Source of the DNA: Octopus vulgaris
Lineage: Eukaryota
Direction of reading: 5' to 3'
Length of the DNA: 64,000 nt
NCBI GenBank assembly: GCA_951406725.2
Contig: OX597818.1
Span: forward strand, 95,294,001 to 95,358,000
Below the pieces are notes generated by a model. That model did not search any database. It was not told the origin of the DNA and saw only the letters and a list, made by a program, of their open reading frames with translations. Of this stretch, positions 63,425 to 64,000 are shown piece by piece (position 1 is the stretch's first letter; the number at the start of each line of letters is the position of its first letter). The position numbers and the translations under genes were made by a program.

Positions 63425-63802
63425 ACCAGTGCCGGTGGCACGTAAGAGAACCATCTGAGCGTGGCCGTAGCCAGCGCCGCCCGACTGGCTTCTGTGCCGG
63501 TGGCACGTAAAAAGCACCATTCGACCATGGCCGTTGCCAGCTTCGTCTGGTCCCCGTGCTGATGGCATGTAAAAAGCACTATCCGATTGTGGCCGTCTGC
63601 CAGCCCCGTCTGGCACCTGTGCTGGTGGCACGTAAAAAGCATCCACTACACTCACGGAGTGGTTGGCATTAGGAAGGGCATCCAGCTGTAGAAACACTGC
63701 CAGATCAGACTGGGCCTGGTGCAGCCTTCTGGCTTCCCAGACCCCAGTTGAACCGTCCAACCCATACCAGCATGGAAAGCGGACGTTAAATGATGATGAT
63801 GA
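63425..63802 (+). mobile_element. SINE-like family C with four internal repeat units
   Basis: gtgc(c/t)ggtggcacgtaa-like motif x4 at ~60-bp spacing; (GAT)n tail. Confidence 0.85.
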
Positions 63803-64000
63803 TATATACAAACATATATGTAAATACATAGTGAAAATAATAGAAATGAAACTAATATATATACACATAGTGAAAGTATTAAAACTGAGAGTATTATCTC
63901 ACATTACAATAGAGATGTTATTGTTTCACTTTTGACACGTAATACTGAAATAGTGTAAGAGATAAGATATTGCTCTGGGCTAACATTAGGCCAGAAGTTC

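Noticed and set aside
63425-63645. Regularly spaced ~22-bp repeats resembling a CRISPR array
   Set aside because: The spacers are similar to each other, the array is internal to a SINE-like repeat, the context is eukaryotic and there are no cas genes

Overview
AT-rich, repeat-saturated animal genomic DNA with no recognisable host exon, so most likely intronic or intergenic. The SINE families and the density of (TA)n, (CA)n, (ATT)n and (GAT)n microsatellites resemble an octopus or other cephalopod genome; this is inferred from pattern recognition, not a database result. Most ORFs in the track are microsatellite or SINE artefacts. Real protein remnants all come from transposons: CR1/L2-group LINEs, RTE LINEs, an L1/Tx1 zinc-knuckle fragment, a HERO-like restriction-like-endonuclease fragment, several mariner/Tc1 elements, a Buster/SPIN-type hAT and Helitron pieces. 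The most striking signal is a set of short non-coding elements from at least seven unrelated families, nearly all sitting in or against (TA)n tracts. They carry type I hammerhead-ribozyme motifs (CTGANGA...GAAA-short palindromic stem III-TH) and are often inserted as head-to-head fold-back palindromes with 34-200 bp arms. One palindrome turns almost exactly at the ribozyme cleavage site predicted from a sister copy. One family has a U3-A8 compensatory core in both of its copies. I interpret these as Penelope-like (pLTR) or retrozyme-type remnants. Boundaries of degenerate repeats are approximate (tens of bp) because they were read by eye.
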